From Octopus sinensis (taxonomy: Eukaryota), in contig NW_021831828.1 of the NCBI RefSeq assembly GCF_006345805.1, positions 978-64,977 of the forward strand: a DNA stretch of 64,000 nt. The letters run 5' to 3'. A program made the position numbers and the translations under genes. Positions 12,516-27,579 of this stretch are shown here, in pieces; position 1 is the stretch's first letter; each line of letters starts with the position of its first letter. The notes under the pieces are model-generated. The model searched no databases, was not told where the DNA came from, and saw nothing but the letters and a program-made list of their open reading frames with translations.

Positions 12516-14124
12516 TTTGAAACAAGGTGACCCCCTTGGTCCATTACTCTTCTCCATGGGCGTTAACCCAACAGCACACGCCGTAAAATCACCGCTCAAC
12601 GTTTGGTATCTGGATGACATTACTATTGGTGGTCCTGCTCACCAAGTCATCTTGGATATCGAATCAATCGCTTTAAGTCTGAACAAAATTGGATTACAGT
12701 TGAACCCTTCAAAATGTGAGATCATAAACCTCAACGCCAACGAGGAAGATTTCGCGACTATAGTGGAAAAATATCACTCAGTCTTACCGGGTGGTATTAT
12801 AACCAGGAAAGGGTCGCTTGAAGTCTTAGGATCTCCCATTTTTTCGGAAGGAATCGAGAAAATACTGTCCGGAAAATTATCCACTTTTGAGTTTATGCCA
12901 AGCAGGCTATCCATCCTGGACGCTCACGAAGGGTTTTTCTTGTTGAAAAACTTCATATCACTCCCCAAGCTACAACACGTTCTCCGCTCTGCCCCCTGCT
13001 TTATAAACCCTGAACTTCTCAAAGAACTGGAAACAGGGCTGAAACACAGTGCCGAAAATCTCTACAACATTCGTTTTGACGAAGCCTCGTGGACCCAAGC
13101 CACGCTTCCAATACGATTCGGAGGCATTGGTCTCCGCTCTCCAGCAGATATTGCATTACCCGCTTTCCTCTCTTCTCGATTGTCGTGTGACTCACTGGTG
13201 GTTGCTGTTCTCCCCCTTTCCACTGAACGCAACGCATCCTCCTGGTATCAGATGGCAATCGAAATTTGGTCGAACAAAGGCCTCAAGACACCTGCTAACT
13301 CATTCTCACAGAGATGTTGGGACGACCTGCATTCTATGTCAATTTACCACCACTTGGAAGAGGTCTCTGATCAATCTCGTCTTGCATGCCTTAGAAGCGC
13401 TTCACAAAAACAATCCGGAGCGTGGCTCAATGCATGTCCTATCCCTTCAGTCGGAAACAAACTGGACGACGAGACATTGCGAATTGCAATCTCCTTACGC
13501 CTTTGCATGAAGATCTGTCGCCAGCACCGCTGTAGTTGCAGGGCTTCCGTTGACGAATTCGGACGGCACGCTCTCTCATGCAGACGCAGTGCAGGCCGGT
13601 TTCCAAGACATCACGCAATGAACCTAATTGTCAAGAACGCTTTGCATGCAGCTGGTTTCCCGGCACAGCTGGAGCCTCCTGGTCTCATCCGCACAGACGG
13701 AAAAAGACCTGATGGGATAACAATCTTCCCGTACACCAACGGGAAGTGCCTTGTTTGGGACTGCGCCTACACCGACACCTACTCAGAGACAAACCTGATC
13801 GCCTCAGCCTCCTCTCCAGGATATGCTTCACAGAACTACGAAAAAATCAAAAAATTAAAATATTCAGAGCTCAAGGACAGGTTCATAGTTCAACCGATTA
13901 TTGTGGAGTCATCTGGAGTCTTCGGTCCGGAATCAATCTCTTTCATTAGGAAACTTGGATCCCTGATCTCGGTTCAGACGAAAGATAGAAGGGAGACCGA
14001 ATGGCTGTTTCAACGCCTTTCAACAACCGTTGTCAGGGGTAATAGCCACGCTATCCTTTCTGCTCTTAAGCAACCTTAATTAACTTATATTTTCTTTTCA
14101 AATAAATATCATTAAAATAAAAAA
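12516..14124 (+). mobile_element. 5'-truncated CRE-clade non-LTR retrotransposon with an uninterrupted 520-aa RT+RLE frame
   Basis: QGDPLGP, WYLDD, CRC...DEFGRHALSC...RH zinc knuckle and GKRPDG...WD RLE motif. Poly(A) at 14119-14128; candidate TSD AAAATTG at 12509-12515 and 14125-14131. Confidence 0.9.
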
Positions 14125-14828
14125 AAAATTGATGGATATTGTTTGATTGTTACTAGAAGATGCAGACGATCTAGACAGCTTTCGAAAAATCGGAATTTCA
14201 AGAAGAATGTGGAGGTTTAACAAAATTGTCCAACAAAGTTTCGCAAATTCGACGAGAGGACTATGACTTTCTTATTGTTATGGATGTGCGAATAATAAGA
14301 AAATGAATAGTGTTGTTTATCAATAAATAATCTTTCTATTTCGGGATCTTTGATAAAAGGAACGCCCTAATATCATGCACAACATGCAGTCTCTCACGAT
14401 AAACTGATTTTAAATTGAACAATGATCAACATCCTTGTTTGAAGAGATATGTATTGAAAACAAAGGAAAAAAATCAAGTATATAAAATCCAAGTACAAAT
14501 TTCTGTTTATGTTTTCATTGTGTTTAAATATACAACTTTTATTTATCACGTACGCAGATAGTTGCGCGACAACAGTTGGGCCCATAAAAATTGAGGACCG
14601 ATAACGGAGTTTTTACTTTGTTCACACGTCCATAGGAGACAGTATTCAAATGATCTTGAGCGATTTCGTGATGATTTTGTATGTGACCAGTTGTTCATTG
14701 TCAAGCATGCACGTGCGCTTCTTTCGGAGACGACCGTCGCGAGACGAGCTCGCTATTCCAAAGAATTTCCTTTGCCATTCTTGGGGGCAATTTAAAGGCA
14801 AAGTTTTTAACAGCGGCATTGTCTAGTT

Positions 14829-15436
14829 CAGGGTTTCCCAAACTTTTTCTTTCACGACACTCCTAAAAATGTTAACTTTATCCTTGGCACCCCTAAATAA
14901 TATTTTAAATAAATATTTGTTAAAAATTTGACGATTTTGCTGACTCACAAATACATAGTTCCTTGCGTAATTCAATCAGATGATTTAGAACCTTGCCAAT
15001 TGATAACTATCTAACTTCAGCGTGCAGTAATAATCCTGTATGAGAACCGCCCATTTCATCACATAGATTTTTAAATAATCTCGTATTTTGTGGTCGTGCC
15101 GCAAGATGAGAAAGACTTATCGTTTAGGCCGGAACACATTTTATTATTATTTTTTTGTGAAAATCAAGACAGAAAGAGAACATTTTACCAAAAAACTAAC
15201 TAATTCAAACGAAGTCCCCTCTTGTCCCTTTTTTATTTTGTAGTGTAGCCAATGAAGACATCCGGTTCCGCAGTGAGATGACTGATGGCGGCGTCACTCG
15301 TCACGCCGGGGTCCATATTAGATGCATGGAACCTTCAGTGAGATTCAATAAAATAATTTTTTGAATTTTTTGCGTCACCCCTAATAAATCACCGCAGCAT
15401 CATAAGGTGCCGCGGCACCCACTTTTGGAAACGCTG
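14829..15436. mobile_element. Non-autonomous hAT (Buster-type) MITE
   Basis: TIRs CAGGGTTTCCCAAA / TTTGGAAACGCTG; 8-bp TSD GTCTAGTT at 14821-14828 and 15437-15444 with central TA. Confidence 0.88.
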
Positions 15437-15479
15437 GTCTAGTTAGTTAAGCGCCCTTTTGCGTAGCCCACAAAGGGTT

Positions 15480-16200
15480 TCGTTTGAACCACGCATTTCC
15501 ACTATGCCGCTTCGATTATGTCTTTGATATTTTCAAAAAGCCGCTTCGAGATATATAATGAATAGAACAGGGAATCTCCTTGTGAGTGACAATATTGGTG
15601 CCAAATTTCATTGAATGCTTTATTCAAATTCTCATCAGAAAGCAATAGACTTATTAATCTTAGAAAATCCTTGTCAAGTAGTTTCTTTAGGATATTCATG
15701 AGTTTTTCTCTGTTAGTGATGTCGAATGCATTTGTAGGATTTGGAATACTTTTGAGTATTTTTGACATATTGAAATAAGGCATATATGACACCATACGAC
15801 ATCTGAGGTAGACCTTCTACTTCAGAACCAACTTTAACTTTTAGAGAGGTATTTTTCCACAGGCTCTCGGATATTGTTAAGCTCTATGATCAATGAAGTT
15901 TTTCTGATAGTTGAAAGTAAGATAATGGCCCTTATTCCATCCAGTGACTTTTTTTCCAGGTTTGTGAATTGAGATTAAGAGAACAGTGAAGTTCCAATGA
16001 CTTGTTCAATATGTCGGTGATTATATTCCTAACAATAACCGGAACATGTTTTAGTAACTCGCTAGGTATACAATCATAGCCAGTTGACCGATTGCTTTTG
16101 ACGTGTATGAATGCATCTGTAAATTTTATTACTGTAAAATTGTTTATATAGCTCCTACGGAGGTACTTTACTGTAAATAGGTACTTTGACATCTGTTAAA
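15480..16200 (-). mobile_element. Decayed LINE reverse-transcriptase fragment
   Basis: KSNRSTGYDCIPSELLK and GDSL motifs, broken by stops. Confidence 0.5.
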
Positions 16201-16919
16201 AACACTTTAAGTGGTATTTTAAAGTCTGTTAATAACACTGTTAAGGTCGATTATGATAATAGCTTTAATTTTGATTAATGGTCGATAAAGATATATGGCA
16301 TTTAATTTTATAGTACACACACAGACAGCTCGTATTGAATGCTGATATGTAGATAAACAGTCATCTACATCCCTTTTCACAATAATATCGTCATACCTTT
16401 CAACAGAAGTCAGGGGATTTTAGGAGTGATTCTTGATATGCATCTCTGCTTTTCTCCACATGTAGATAACATACCTCTGATATGCGAAAAGAAAATGGTT
16501 AATCTGGACCTCCTTGAATATGAAAAAGTGGTTCTCATTCGAAAAGAAAATGATTAATCAAGGAAGCTTAATCAAGGCCGTCCAGATTAATCAAACATTG
16601 GTGGTATAGAAACAAATCTGAACTTCAAAATGCTGCTCTATGTGGCTGTAAAACCGACTAGTCGCCCGGTGTGGTCTCGTGCAGGTTTGTGGGAAGAAGA
16701 TGATCTCGCTTGTGAAGTGCATCGGGATCACGTGACTCATTTGTTCTGTTTTTACCGTGGTCTTAATGTAAATAAAAAATTTTTATACATTCAATTAATC
16801 AATTAAAGCTACAATTATAACTAAATTCAATAAAACAACTATTACAATGACCTAATTATTGACTGTTTATTGGATTAGGAATAGAGGCAATAAAGATTCT
16901 GAATAATAATTTTATTAAT

Positions 16920-17900
16920 TCTATATTAAAATGTAAGCGAATGTTATTATGAAAACACTTCCTCTTTCAACTGAATTATCTCCGCAAATGCATCAGCCAA
17001 TTCGTCTTTTAGTTTTTCGTAGTTAGAACAAATGTCAACTTTGCCGGAATAATTCCAACTCAATCGTTCCACCAATTGATTTAACGATTTTAACTGAGTT
17101 TTCCTATCTTCGAGGGACGACTCCACGACTTGGAGATCATGTGTTAGTTGTGCGACAATATTTGTCAGTTGAACTACTTTTGCTTCTTTAATAACTAATT
17201 TGTTCATAGTCTCAACACAGTGTTTGTCGAGTTGATATATGTCTCGTACTGGAAACTGTTTCTTCATGTATTCCACTTTGTTATTAGCAACAACCAACTT
17301 TCTGTTGGCATTGCATAACTGTTCTTGGAGAATGGACATCTTTTCTTGAGCAAACGCTGCCTCCACGCGTCCACAGTGAGCTCTAAACCTGATTAACAAC
17401 AATTTACTCTCTATTTTTTATTTTCTCTTCTAAAACAGCATTTTTTCGAACAAGATTTAAATTTTGAAAAGAAAGCTGTTTCTGTCGTTCCAAATATTCC
17501 TCAATTTTTCGATTTAACAAGATTTTTTCCAGTTTATACAAAGAGTGTGATTTTTCCAGGATATTTTCAACATGTGAGAATCTTTGTTGTAAAATAATAA
17601 GTTTTTTGCGAAATGAATCCTCAATTTCTCTGTTGTGGTTAAAAAATGAACGAAGAAAGTTGTCAATTCCCGAAAGACGAACATTTAGAGATTCAATAAT
17701 CTTTTGTACTAAAAAATACTTAAAATGAAAAATTACAATCAATTTTATTTACAGTCTTGGTTTTGTTTTCATCAAAAATGACCTGATTTATATATACATT
17801 TTTGTTTCGTTCTGAAGAAAAATCAACCTTTTGGGCAATTTGGGTCGAATTCTTCGAATTCTGTCTTTTGTTTTTTTTCTTTTTTTTCACTGCATGCTTA
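16920..17900 (-). CDS. Unidentified coiled-coil protein, multi-exon; may extend to ~18.9 kb
   Basis: ORFs 17404-17742 and 16947-17402 are rich in E/K/L/Q with heptad-like character and abut through an intron-sized gap. Confidence 0.45.
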
Positions 17901-19088
17901 ATTTTTGTTTTGTAATCTGATCTATTTAAAGGTTATCAAAAGATATTTACTTTAAAAATCGGACAATATAAACAAAGGCAATAAGCAAAGTAAAAGCAAC
18001 CAAAAGGACTAATAACGGCGACTCTGATAACATCTATTAAATTTTTTAATTGATTAAGAACAAAAATAAGTAATGAAAATCTGAAAATTATCAAACTAAT
18101 TCACATTGGATTTAAATATTATATTAAGAAAAAAGTAAATAATTTTTTATTAATTTTAATATTATTTTATTAAATTTGCTATTTTAAAAAAACTGAAAAA
18201 ATATCTGACAAAGAAATAATTGGAAACACAAAAGTACAATATGGTCACAAATTCTGACAGCTTAGTTTTTGAGCATATTAGACAAAGCTCATTAGCTCTC
18301 TTCAAGGCTATTCCATTCAATCTTGATTTGTTAGATATATTTTTTAAAAGTACTTCAAAATGTTATGTCAGTTGACTATCGGTACTCTGTCAATATATCA
18401 TTGATCTTATGTCAATCATTAATGCTACAAATTTGATTAGGATTGGATTTAGTTGTAAGATTCCTTAACTTTTCAATCAGTAATGTCATTGGCGAGCGTA
18501 CACGTACACTTCTTTAGGAGATCAGAATATGAATCTCCATTAAGCCAGCGCCTTTATCCCCAACCGACGAGAACTATATTTTCTCGTCCAAGTTTGATAT
18601 TATAAGTCTGATAAGATGTGAAATTGACCTTCAAGATTTGTCAGGATGAGGAAAACCGATTAAGCACGTCTTATTTTATAGCTTTGTATTTAAGATTTTC
18701 TAAGATTACTAGTTTATGGAACTAAACCATTCATTTATGTTGATAAAGACATCAACCTTCATTGCCAATTATAATTGTTTAAGAAAATATTCTTATATTT
18801 TCAAACTCTTCCAATTATGTAGAGATGCTTCTCTGTGATTCTGTTTTGGGCGAGTAGAAATACTTTTTTGAAGTCAAATTTTTGGTTAGAGAGGAAATCC
18901 TCTGGCCATTAATCTTCCTCATACACTAAAAAAATATCAAGAATAGTTTTTGCAGCAGAAGAGTTAAAATAATTAAAAAATTATTTAAATAATAGTTTAA
19001 TATATTTATACTTAATTTAAATAATCAATTATCACATAACTTGGTTGTTTGTGCAAAGTATGTCATGATTATTTATCTGTTAATTAGA

Positions 19089-19646
19089 ATGGCAAGCAAA
19101 AAAACTGTAAAGAGACCTCAAAAAAGACAACAAAGGAGCACATCTAACATATTTGCAATGATTGAGCCTGATCAAATAAAGCGTTTCAAAGAAGTTTTTG
19201 GAATAATTGACCAAGATTCAGACGGAGTAATATCAAAAAATGATCTAAGGAACACCTACAACAATCTCGGTTGAAATATTTTAGTTTATTGCCCAGGGTT
19301 GACACCTTCTGACGCGGATTTGGAAGAAATGCTAGCCGAAGCTCAGGGAAATCTTAATTTCACGATGTACCTGGCCATGTTTGGTGAAAGACTGAAGGAG
19401 TCTGACCCTGAAAGCGTGATTGCGACTGCTTTTGCCTGTTTGGACAGCGAGGGGACTGGATATGTAATGGAAGACGACCTGAGATCATATTTGACCACTA
19501 TGGGAGACAGAATGACCGACGAGGAAGTTTAATTTCATATTCTATTCAAGATTGACGTCATACTCCGAGATGCCAAAGTCAAAGACGAGAAGGTGTACTA
19601 CAAAGAGTGTGCTGCTATGCTCAAGCAAGGACGAAAGGACGACTGA
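19089..19646 (+). CDS. MRLC: Myosin II regulatory light chain (EF-hand)
   Basis: RSTSNIFAM phospho-site motif, EF-hand [14 protein letters not shown] and [13 protein letters not shown]. Introns 19270-19296 and 19527-19550; TGA at 19644-19646. Confidence 0.92.
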
Positions 19647-20589
19647 ATGACTGTTTAATACTAATAAGATATAGTTTCATTTGGTTAATTATTTATTAAT
19701 CAACCTATTTGTTCATTTTATAGAAATTGCGGTTTTAATTAAGGTTATAATCGAATATTTTTAGATTATTGATATTTATTGGTTTATCCTAGAACGGAGT
19801 CCTAACGATATTGATTTGTGATTCTCGACATTTAATTTTTTATCGATTAAATTTAGTATTTTTATAAAATCGATAGGCTAAAAATTATACTATGTTTAAT
19901 GACAGTTAAGTGCTCAAAAAAAGCATTTTGTTAACTTCCAAGAAACATAAAATTTCCGTTGGTAAGTATTTGATGATATAATAAATTTTTTGACAATGTA
20001 TTGCCATCAAAAATTGGATGAATCAGAAATTGATAGCTGGGATTTGAAAGTAAGGCCTTTTTGAAATGTGACATTCCATTAACTAAATTATTGATGTCTT
20101 TGTTTACCGATTTATTCAAATGCAACCAGATTCCACTTCCTTCACAATCACTAGCTAAAAATTGTGCTAAATATATTGCTAATTAATATATGGATTCGTT
20201 TACAATCAAATTCAAGTATTCCATCAAATTTTATTTTATAGAACACAAAAAAATTTTGCGATAACCGATGAGACTCAAATCCCAAACCAACGATATGTCG
20301 CGGGTTTGATGAGATTAATCAAACTCCCTAAAATTACTTATTTGGTGTCATTCACGCAAATTGATTATGCACCTACAAAAATATTATAGCGCAGATTGTT
20401 GATGATTGAAAGACTACTTGCCGGAAGCCTGAAAGACTCGTAAGAATCCTCTGTGCCCGGATGGTCTTTAAGAGAACTTGTTGCTCACTATAATTGTGGT
20501 TAGCATTGAGACACTTTGGTGTCTTTTTTTATTTCCCCGTTAACGATTTTTCCTTGTTCTTTGCGCTTTAGTTTTGTGAACAATAAAAA

Positions 20590-21180
20590 CAATTCAATGT
20601 GAGCGAATTCTTGGGGAAATTAGGATTGGAATTAAATTTCTCCAAGTCGGCGATTAATTCACGATTATATGACGATTTGATCAAATTCTTGGAGGATCGC
20701 GGTGGTTATAAGTACTTCGGGATCACAGAGAGCCTCAAATCGCTCATACTATCTGAAACTAAGATCCAAATATTAGGGGGAGTGCAGAAGTAGGCAGCAA
20801 TTTTATGTAAAACTAGTTTAAATGCTAGGACATTATCCCATGCATTGAATAAGTATGCAATTTCATTGATTAGTTATTATGTGGGTATTGTGGACTTTGA
20901 GCCACATGAGTACGATGATATGGATTGTATGATCCGTAGAATACTAAAAAAAGACCAGGTTCATGTGCTGGCAGCCAATAAGGAGAGGTTATATCCGTCA
21001 CGTGCTAAATTTGAAAGGGAGCTCTGTGGAGTGGCCCATTGAAATGAGTGTATTTTTTAAAGATGTATGATCACCTGTACGCGATCTTGCATACCGAAAA
21101 GTCACGAGCTAGTCACCCTGGAACCATGAAGTCATATTTATTGGCTAAGTACGGTTTTACGATTGAACAAGTATCAGATG
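20590..21180 (+). mobile_element. R4/NeSL-type RLE retrotransposon RT 3' fragment
   Basis: LGLELNFSKSA, YKYFG, LNKYAISLISYYVG and RRILKK...ERLY; stops present. Confidence 0.65.
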
Positions 21181-21410
21181 TAAAGGGGTTGATCTGCTTT
21201 ACAGATGGCATACTTACTGTAGACATCAACGACGGTAAATATCCATTTGTAGCCATCATTTGAATCATTAAATTTTTTAATGTTTATAAGGTCAGGTTGA
21301 AATCGTTTATTTGGTCTTTTAAAAATCACATGGAATCTAGATCGGAAACCTGCATTAATTCTATACTTTAAGTGGAATAGAAAACTTACAAATTGAGCAT
21401 TTGTTGACAA
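21174..21410 (-). mobile_element. Polinton/Maverick-type retroviral-like integrase fragment
   Basis: RFQPDLINIKKFNDSNDGYKWIFTVVDVYSKYA resembles the Q.DL.D....NDGYKYILTVIDVFSKYA segment of Polinton integrases. Confidence 0.6.
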
Positions 21411-21699
21411 TTGGTTCTATAATTTTCCGCTTTATTGTAAAATAAGAGTGTAAAAATTCCCGTTGCAGTTGACAAATTCCAGGAAGGCTATTTCGATGAA
21501 TAAAATTTTCCATAGTTTGCATTTCACTCTCATTATCCATGCAAGTAACTAGTTTGTGATTTTGAAATCTTTTGCTTTTAAGGTATAAACTTTCGTCTCG
21601 AATCCGCTCAATGTATCAATAAAATATAAAGACAATATTCGTTCCAATATTTCCCAGGGCCATCAGTTTAATTTGAAATGGATTGAATATCTTAAAACA

Positions 21700-22480
21700 T
21701 TTAGTTTTTCATTATACTAACTTTCGTAGACAAAAAAATATTCACCACACGAAAAGAGTTAGAGACGAGAAATATTTCGAAGCAATCATGAACTAATTGA
21801 TCAAAACAACTTGAAGTACGAAAGAAGAGAGACTTCATATACTCCAGGGATCAATCAATTTGTGGACATGGTATCTCATCACTTCTCTAACTAATCAGGA
21901 ATTTGGAGAAATACATAAAGGATCTCATTTTGACCTCAAATTACTCAAATTTCAAGAATTTAGTTTCAAACCCAAATTTGGAGATAATTATGACGTTCCA
22001 GTCAACTTTAGTTGGGTGAATCGTAATGTTGTCACTCGTGTTAAAGATGAAGGAAAATGTGGATCCTGTTATATATTTGGAGCTGTATTAGACACTAATC
22101 AATTCGTAGTTGGGAAGTTTTGAAGGCAAATTCGCTATTAAATACGGCAAGCTTGTTAGCTTCAGCGAGCAAAATGTACTGATTGGAACGGACGAATGTC
22201 GTGGGGCACCGAGGTGAGTGTATTTAAATACATAATGAAAAATGGTAGCATCGACACCGAAGAAATGTACTTTTACGGAGCCAGGGTGTACTATCTCATA
22301 TCAATCTTTAGAGTTGGTTCTGCAGATATAGAAAAAATGTTGTAAAAATGATTGGATTTAAAACATTCACATCAGAATTTGAGTTATTGAAAGCACTGAT
22401 CAACATTGGGCTGATCACTGTAGTTATCTGTAGCTCAGATTTATCATTTCAATTATATCAAAAAGGTAATCTTAAATGTT
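21700..22480 (+). pseudogene. CTSL-like: Cathepsin L-like papain-family protease, apparently decayed and truncated by a CRE insertion
   Basis: ERFNIN-like prodomain (RREIFRSNHELIDQNN, GINQFVDM), VTRVKDEGKCGSCYIF and LVSFSEQ. Stops or frameshifts present, and the C-terminal His/Asn region was not seen. Confidence 0.65.
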
Positions 22481-22489
22481 CTAAATTAA

Positions 22490-23850
22490 GGAGTTACCCA
22501 CTTTAAAATTGGTCTGGTCATTAATTCCAGCAAGTCTGAGTTTTTCAATCTTTTTGTTGAGCCATTTATGTTTAAGAACTCTCTTTTCTGCGGATTCCTT
22601 CCTTAGTTGAGACAGACACCTCTGTCTGATCTGGAAATTCTGGGGTCACCGATTCTCGCCGACTCAGCTACACGAATCATCCTCGCCAAAAAATCTTATC
22701 GCATCTATTTGTGAAAAACTTTCTGTCATTGATCCTCATCCTTCATTCTACATCTCCAAGAACTATCTTTTGATCCTAAAAATCATTTATATACTGAGGA
22801 GCTCTTCTTGTTTTTATGTCACGCAGGTGCTGGAATCTTATGATACCTTGATTCTGAGTTCTGCTGAGAAAATTCTTAATGTGCATTTCGATGATATTGG
22901 CTGGTGTCAGGCTAAACTTCCTGTGAGTCACGGAAGTCTGGGCCTCCGTTCCAGTCTGGATTTGACTCTTCCTGCCTTTCTTTCTTCGACGTCTGGATTA
23001 TATCTCCTTGTCCAAAAGATTCTGGAAAAAACTACTGAATCATCGTTGGACTTTGATATTGATTTGGCCCTTGCACTTTGGAAACAAAATTTCTCTAAAC
23101 TCCTTTCCGATGTCATTTCTCAGCAGGATTTGGACAAAATTCTTTGCCGTCGATCTTCAGCTGACTTGAACCGCTACTCTAACAAAACAGACTGGCCTCT
23201 TTCCGTTCCTCCTGTCAGCAATACTCAGGCTCCTGGCTTAATGTACTTTTTCGTTTTGGATACTGTTCTCGATAGGGATTCACTCCGTTTGGGTATTTGT
23301 AATCGCCTTGGACTCCCTGTCTGCAGACCTCACCTCTGTCGTTGTGGGGCTAAAGTTAACGCCCTTGGGGTACATCCTCTGTCTCCGAATGAGTGCCGGC
23401 CGATTTCCTCGGCACACTGAAATTAAAAATCTAATTCACAAAACTTTGGAAAGAGCTGGTTTCCCTTCAGCTCTGGAACCGACGACCTTGAAGATGCAAA
23501 ACGTCCCGACGGCTGTACAGTTTTCGCTTTTGAATCCGGGAAGCAGCTTGTTTGGGACGTCACTTGTGCCGACTCTTTCGCCTAGGGAGCCTTGAATTCC
23601 ATGCCTTGTCGACCCGGTACGTCGGCTTAGAAGGCCGAATCCACGAAACTGATGAAATACGAGGATTTACGCGATCGATTTTGCCTTTGGGCAATTGCCG
23701 TTGAGACTTCCTGTGTTTTTGGGGCCAAGAAGCTTGCTCATCTGAAGAAACTTGGGCGTCTGTGCACGCACCCATCGCTCCAGAGATCCCAGGGAATTTA
23801 TATTCCTTATTCAGAGGATCTCGCTGGCTGTTTTACTGGGGAATTGTGGT
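22490..23850 (+). mobile_element. Degenerate CRE-clade retrotransposon (RT thumb + RLE)
   Basis: WCQAKLPVSHGSLGL, LGLPVCRPHLCRCGAKVNALGVHPL, AGRFPRH and KRPDG-like region; frameshifted. Confidence 0.82.
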
Positions 23851-23868
23851 AGTTAATACAGTAAACTA

Positions 23869-24953
23869 TTGTATTGCACAATGTCTGATATAACACAAGC
23901 AAAACAATCATACGAACTATCTATTATGTCTTTCAATGTAAGAGGCCTTAAATCGACTTGGAAACAACATGCACTATCTGAGGACAGGAAGAAATACAGG
24001 ATCTCGGTTGGATGTCTACAAGAAACCAAAGTGAAGCTCGGGGATGAGCAAGTTTATGGGGACTATCGCCTTATTCTGCTGCCCTCTGAATGCGGACACT
24101 ATGGCCAAGGCTTTGTGACACACAAACACTTATCTACTTGTATTCATCGCTGCTGGAGAATCACCAATCGAATATCTGTACTACAAATAAATACCGGACA
24201 CAAATCCGGAATGCTTTCCATCATTAATGTTTATGCTCCTCAAAGCGGCAGGATCGCCAAGAATCTCGACGAACTAGACTCCTTTTACGAGGAGCTAGCT
24301 AGGACACTCACAAGTCTGGAGGATTTGTCCATTCTATTCATCGCCGGGGATTGGAATGCCACAGTTGGCATCCGCTCTGGGGACGAGCAGTTTATTGGCA
24401 GATATGGCCGTGGGTACAGGAACCTTCCGGGCACTCTTCTGGCCCATTTCTGTGAGACCTTTTCACTATTTTTGTGTAACACGGCTTTCTGCCACGCTGC
24501 ACGACATCGGACCACATGGACTGGAAGTAGAACAAATGGGGCTGGTGAACCTACATCAATCTACAACCAAATCGATTATATTCTTTGTCGACAGACCGAT
24601 AAGGCAAGAACACATGGGAATTCATTATGAATGGTATCCATACGGCTGCTGACGAGCACATCGGGAAGCAACCAAATAATAGTCAGTCCGGGAGATGCTG
24701 CCACCCAGATGTTCGGGCGAAAATCGTTGAGCAAAAGGACCTAAAGCTCAGAATCGAAAACAAGAACGATCATAATGACAAACAGGCACTGAAGAGGAAA
24801 CGTGCCAGAATACAACGACTCATTAAGAAACTAAACCGTCAGCACACTCGCGACACTCTGGAAACCCTTCTAAACGAAATCGAAGGGCTCAAGAACGGCG
24901 CACAAATGTTTCAGGCCATGCGTCTTCTCAAAAGAAGAAAAAACTCTCTCTAA
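23869..24953 (+). mobile_element. RTE-clade LINE 5' part (APE endonuclease), 3'-truncated
   Basis: SFNVRGL, CLQETK, INVYAP, IAGDWNA and NQIDYIL are APE motifs. Confidence 0.85.
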
Positions 24954-25099
24954 TTTGCCATTTTTGGTTCCTGGCAAATTTCAGAATAAAATTTTTATTT
25001 AATTTTCTAATTAATTTAAAAGGAAATATTATTATTAACCAAGGAATTTAAAAAAATTAAATTTTATTAAAGTAATTTTCAATTCCCAATCGCCTTTTC

Positions 25100-25640
25100 A
25101 TAGAATTTTTAATATTTTCTTTATATCATCTTATTGAAGTAATGAATTCCGCATCATTGTCATTTTCAATGTTTTCTAGAAGGCTGTTTTCAATCTTTCT
25201 TAATTTGTATAGCATTTCAGCCTTGCTTAATGATTTATGTACTTCTACACAACCCGATTCTTCTTGTTCCTCAATAGAAATTAATTTCTCCTCATCATCA
25301 ATTGCCTCCTTTGTAATCAATTGAAATAAATTCTTCTATTTAAATTGGATCATAAATATCTTTTTTGCTTACAATGTCAGCTGGTATATTTATGTCAAAA
25401 TTCTTAATCCAATTCGCAAAAATTGATGCTGTTATCCAAGCCCTTTTGGAATTGTAATAACAAACAAAGGAATTATAATCATAATTCTTGAAACATCTGG
25501 GCAATTTTGGTTTCCCGATCAATAGTGTGTGTTCCTGACACATTGGCACACAACATGACTGAGACTCTATCTTTGAAATTTTTATATCCATCAAACAAAA
25601 AATGTCATTAGAAAACAGAATTATAGAACACCGCCATAAA
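25100..25640 (-). mobile_element. pogo/Tigger DDE_1 transposase remnant
   Basis: LLIGKPKLPRCFK...YYNSKRAWITASIFANW. Confidence 0.6.
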
Positions 25641-25952
25641 ATAAGTAGAAAAAGGAATTCATCTTTGCATCAAACCAGCTTGTGAAATTGAAAAAGCACT
25701 GTAAAAAAATCAGGCAAAAAAAAGACAGAAAGAAAATTCAACGAAAACGGGGTGAATAAAATCAACAGAGATGGCCAAGTAACAAATAAAGTATTAAAGC
25801 CTAAATTAAAACATGTCCGGGCAAGTTTAGTTTGCAATCTCAAATTAATTTTAGTAAGTCGGCAAAAAATCTCCAAATTTTCATAAGAAACAAATTATTT
25901 TATTGAACGAAAATGTTAGTATCCAAACAAAAAGACAATGAATAATTAAATT

Positions 25953-27131
<1,179 letters not shown>

Positions 27132-27579
27132 CAGCAAAATTAAAATTTTGATATTCTATTTAATGTTGGATTAAACAGTATAAATAAAATTGTTTTAATT
27201 GAATATAATTCAATAATTTTATGTCGAAAATGCTTAAAACACAGTAAAAAACCAATTTAAGAGACAGAAGCGAATAAATTTATATTTTTTGGAATGGCGA
27301 AAACAAATTTCACTTTTGATGCCAACTATGCATTTAAAAGTAAACAGTGAGTGAATACAGTCAGGATGCCTCCATCAACTTTCCCATATCTGACTCTACA
27401 AATAACTGACATCGTTTTCAGAAACCTTCCCAAACTAGAATAGTCTGAGGATTCTCGGCTGCTTGTAGTCGATGGGAAGCCTCGTTTTGATTCGAGGCTG
27501 CTCTGATTTCTTGTTTTTGCTTCTCTGACAATTCTAATTTCGGTCCCACTCTTTTTTTGCGTTTTGTAAATTACCCCTT

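Noticed and set aside
16300-16560. Possible CR1/L2-type RT scrap
   Set aside because: Too short and degenerate to assign.
17900-18950. Possible additional exons on the minus strand, head-to-head with MRLC
   Set aside because: One plausible 23-nt intron was seen, but I could not build a consistent reading frame.
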